The notes under the pieces were generated by a model. It was not told where the DNA came from. It saw only the letters and a program-made list of their open reading frames with translations, and ran no database searches. A program made the translations under genes and the position numbers. Shown one piece after another: positions 30,530 through 32,000 of a stretch of DNA of 32,000 bases. Origin of the DNA: Pseudoalteromonas translucida KMM 520 (GTDB lineage: Bacteria; Pseudomonadota; Gammaproteobacteria; Enterobacterales; Alteromonadaceae); the NCBI RefSeq assembly GCF_001465295.1, contig NZ_CP011034.1:1320001-1352000 (forward strand), in the 5' to 3' direction. Within the stretch, counting starts at the first letter, position 1. Every line of letters starts with the position of its first letter.

Positions 30530-32000
30530 AATAGTAGATCCATTTACAAATAAAGAAATTGAGTTTGTTGATCCCTTTGCTGAGCCAGAAACTAAAAGTG
30601 GGATGGCGGCAGCATTTGGAGCGGGAGTTGATAAAGTTGAAGAGCTAGGTTACCGCGCAGTAAAGGGCTTTACTGACACAGGCGAAAACCCAGATGATCA
30701 CGAAGAGGGCTCGTTTTCTCAGTCGGTGGCAAAGGCAATTGGCAAAGGTGGCTCAGTTTCTAAATGGGCGCAAGAAGGCATCGATCGCAATGTTAAAGAG
30801 CAGGAGGCATACGAGCCAACCGTTAAATCATATAAAGATATTGATGGGTTTGGTGACGCAGCCAGCTATACCGGCGAATTGCTGGCTGGCTCGCTACCCT
30901 ACATGGCAGGCGCTGCTACTGGAATAGGCGCGCTTGGTATGGCTGGCGGTTTATCGCATGAGGCTTATGAAAAGCAGCCAGAAGGCGAAAAAGACGCGGC
31001 AAGAGCTGTTACATCGGGTGCCGCTCAAATGCTACTTGAGCGTTTAGGTATCAAGGTAAGCATGGGCCAACTTGGCAAAGATATTTTAAAAGATGGTGTG
31101 GTAGAAACCGCTAAGCGCATGGGCAAGGGAGAGCTTGTAGATGCTGTACGCGATCCAAGTTTTGCTAAGCGCATATTCAAAGGCGCTGTAGGCGAAGGCT
31201 TAACCGAGACAGGTCAAGAGGCACTAGCGCAATGGGGCGCAGGTAAAAGCATTGATGAATTTGAAGGGCTAGACGAAGCATTTGTAGGTGGTTTTGCGGT
31301 CGGTGGCGTAATGCGTACTGGCTCAGAGTCAGCGCAAAAGGTAATGGGATACCAGAAAAAAACAGCCGAAGCGGTAAAGCAAGGTGTAGATCAACTTGTT
31401 GAGGCAGGCGCAAGCCACGGTGAGGCAATTGATACTGTACGTAAACAGCAATATGACGCCGCTAAAAAGCAGGGGCTAAGTGAAGCAGAGGCGTCCGCAG
31501 TTGTTGCGCGCACCATGAAAGAAAAATTTGGCATTGACGATCCTTTGTTTGCAGCAGCAGCGGAGCCAGTGGCGGTGGAGTCGGTAGAAGCGGGCATGGA
31601 GCCAACCATACCCGAAGATACGCAAACACCTATTTTTCAAAATGATGAAGTGGATTTCGATGCGCCAACAGCAGCTAGACAGGCGGGATTTGATCAAACA
31701 AATAAAGCGGCCGGCCAATATGGGGATATGCTTACAAGCCCTGCGCAACAGTCATTAAGCGCTTTAGATGCAGGCAACAATGCGCCCACAGTAGACGAGC
31801 GAGTAAAGGCGGCGGCCTTTGATAAATCACCAACACCAGAAGATCGTTTTAGCCCAATAAAGTACCAGCATGAAGGCGATTTATTGGGGCCAGAGGCGCA
31901 AGACGCGCAAAGCATAGACAATGCCCCTATTGATGGGCAAACAGTGCCAGAACAAGGTAAGTTACCAACGGCAGAGCAAACACAAAGCCGGCAAATGCGT
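30519..32000 (+). CDS. Large putative internal virion/ejection protein, 5' part (at least 494 aa, continues past the window)
   Basis: My own translation from ATG 30519 (MTNKIVDPFTNKEIEFVDPFAEPETKSGMAAAFGAG...) is open through nt 32000, which is 494 codons. It is missing from the track because there is no stop in the window. AAGGG lies 10 nt upstream. It contains a Gly/Ala-rich hydrophobic segment (LLAGSLPYMAGAATGIGALGMAGGL). Confidence 0.75.
   Translation, partial: MTNKIVDPFTNKEIEFVDPFAEPETKSGMAAAFGAGVDKVEELGYRAVKGFTDTGENPDDHEEGSFSQSVAKAIGKGGSVSKWAQEGIDRNVKEQEAYEPTVKSYKDIDGFGDAASYTGELLAGSLPYMAGAATGIGALGMAGGLSHEAYEKQPEGEKDAARAVTSGAAQMLLERLGIKVSMGQLGKDILKDGVVETAKRMGKGELVDAVRDPSFAKRIFKGAVGEGLTETGQEALAQWGAGKSIDEFEGLDEAFVGGFAVGGVMRTGSESAQKVMGYQKKTAEAVKQGVDQLVEAGASHGEAIDTVRKQQYDAAKKQGLSEAEASAVVARTMKEKFGIDDPLFAAAAEPVAVESVEAGMEPTIPEDTQTPIFQNDEVDFDAPTAARQAGFDQTNKAAGQYGDMLTSPAQQSLSALDAGNNAPTVDERVKAAAFDKSPTPEDRFSPIKYQHEGDLLGPEAQDAQSIDNAPIDGQTVPEQGKLPTAEQTQSRQMR

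Noticed and set aside
30694-30927. A + strand 77-aa ORF in the track.
   Set aside because: It lies in an alternative frame inside the uninterrupted 494-codon ORF that starts at 30519. Its translation is basic and low-complexity.
14514-31921. Minus-strand track ORFs from 14514-14750 through 31694-31921, including 15379-16152, 18132-18320, 18907-19328, 20310-20537, 20820-21578, 25062-25262, 27021-27721, 27832-28368, 29957-30202 and 31177-31921.
   Set aside because: Same reasoning. They are antisense shadows of the fibre, tail and ejection-protein genes. Those at 31177-31921 lie inside the long + strand ORF that begins at 30519.

Overview
The window is almost entirely one co-directional (+ strand), tightly packed phage or prophage late region. 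No rRNA, tRNA, CRISPR array, integrase or transposase was seen.

Gene order, left to right:
- 2-223: the 3' end of an unidentified CDS.
- 311-459: an intergenic region dense in TGCGCA-core boxes.
- 546-3380: an AT-rich accessory cassette. It holds a 2TM protein, an N-terminally pre-truncated UmuD'-like S24 peptidase and a second 2TM protein in one coupled operon. A strong terminator follows, then a 2TM coiled-coil gene.
- 3451-3554: two tandem intrinsic terminators.
- 3585-5295: a lysis cassette with an N4 gp49 / Sf6 gp66-family protein, a SAR-type GH24 endolysin, an overlapped i-/o-spanin pair and a 2-TMD holin.
- 5274-14754: head genes. These are small and large terminase, portal, a RyR-domain protein, scaffold, major capsid, a small post-capsid beta-rich protein and three connector-sized proteins.
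- 14756-27462: tail genes. These are a 976-aa tail fibre/spike, a chaperone-like protein, a small membrane ORF, a 536-aa tail protein and a 2382-aa fibre. The large fibre has an FN3 domain, about 39 tandem ~36-aa repeats and a lambda-J-like C-terminus.
- 27501-32000: a coupled block of putative internal/ejection proteins. It ends in a long ORF (30519 to beyond 32000) that is missing from the supplied track because it has no stop in the window.

There is no tape measure, sheath or tube gene, so the module looks podovirus-like.

The best candidate for an undescribed system is the 546-3380 cassette. Its function is entirely inferred; only the S24 domain is recognisable. All family calls come from reading the translations and from recalled motifs. 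No searches or statistics were run.
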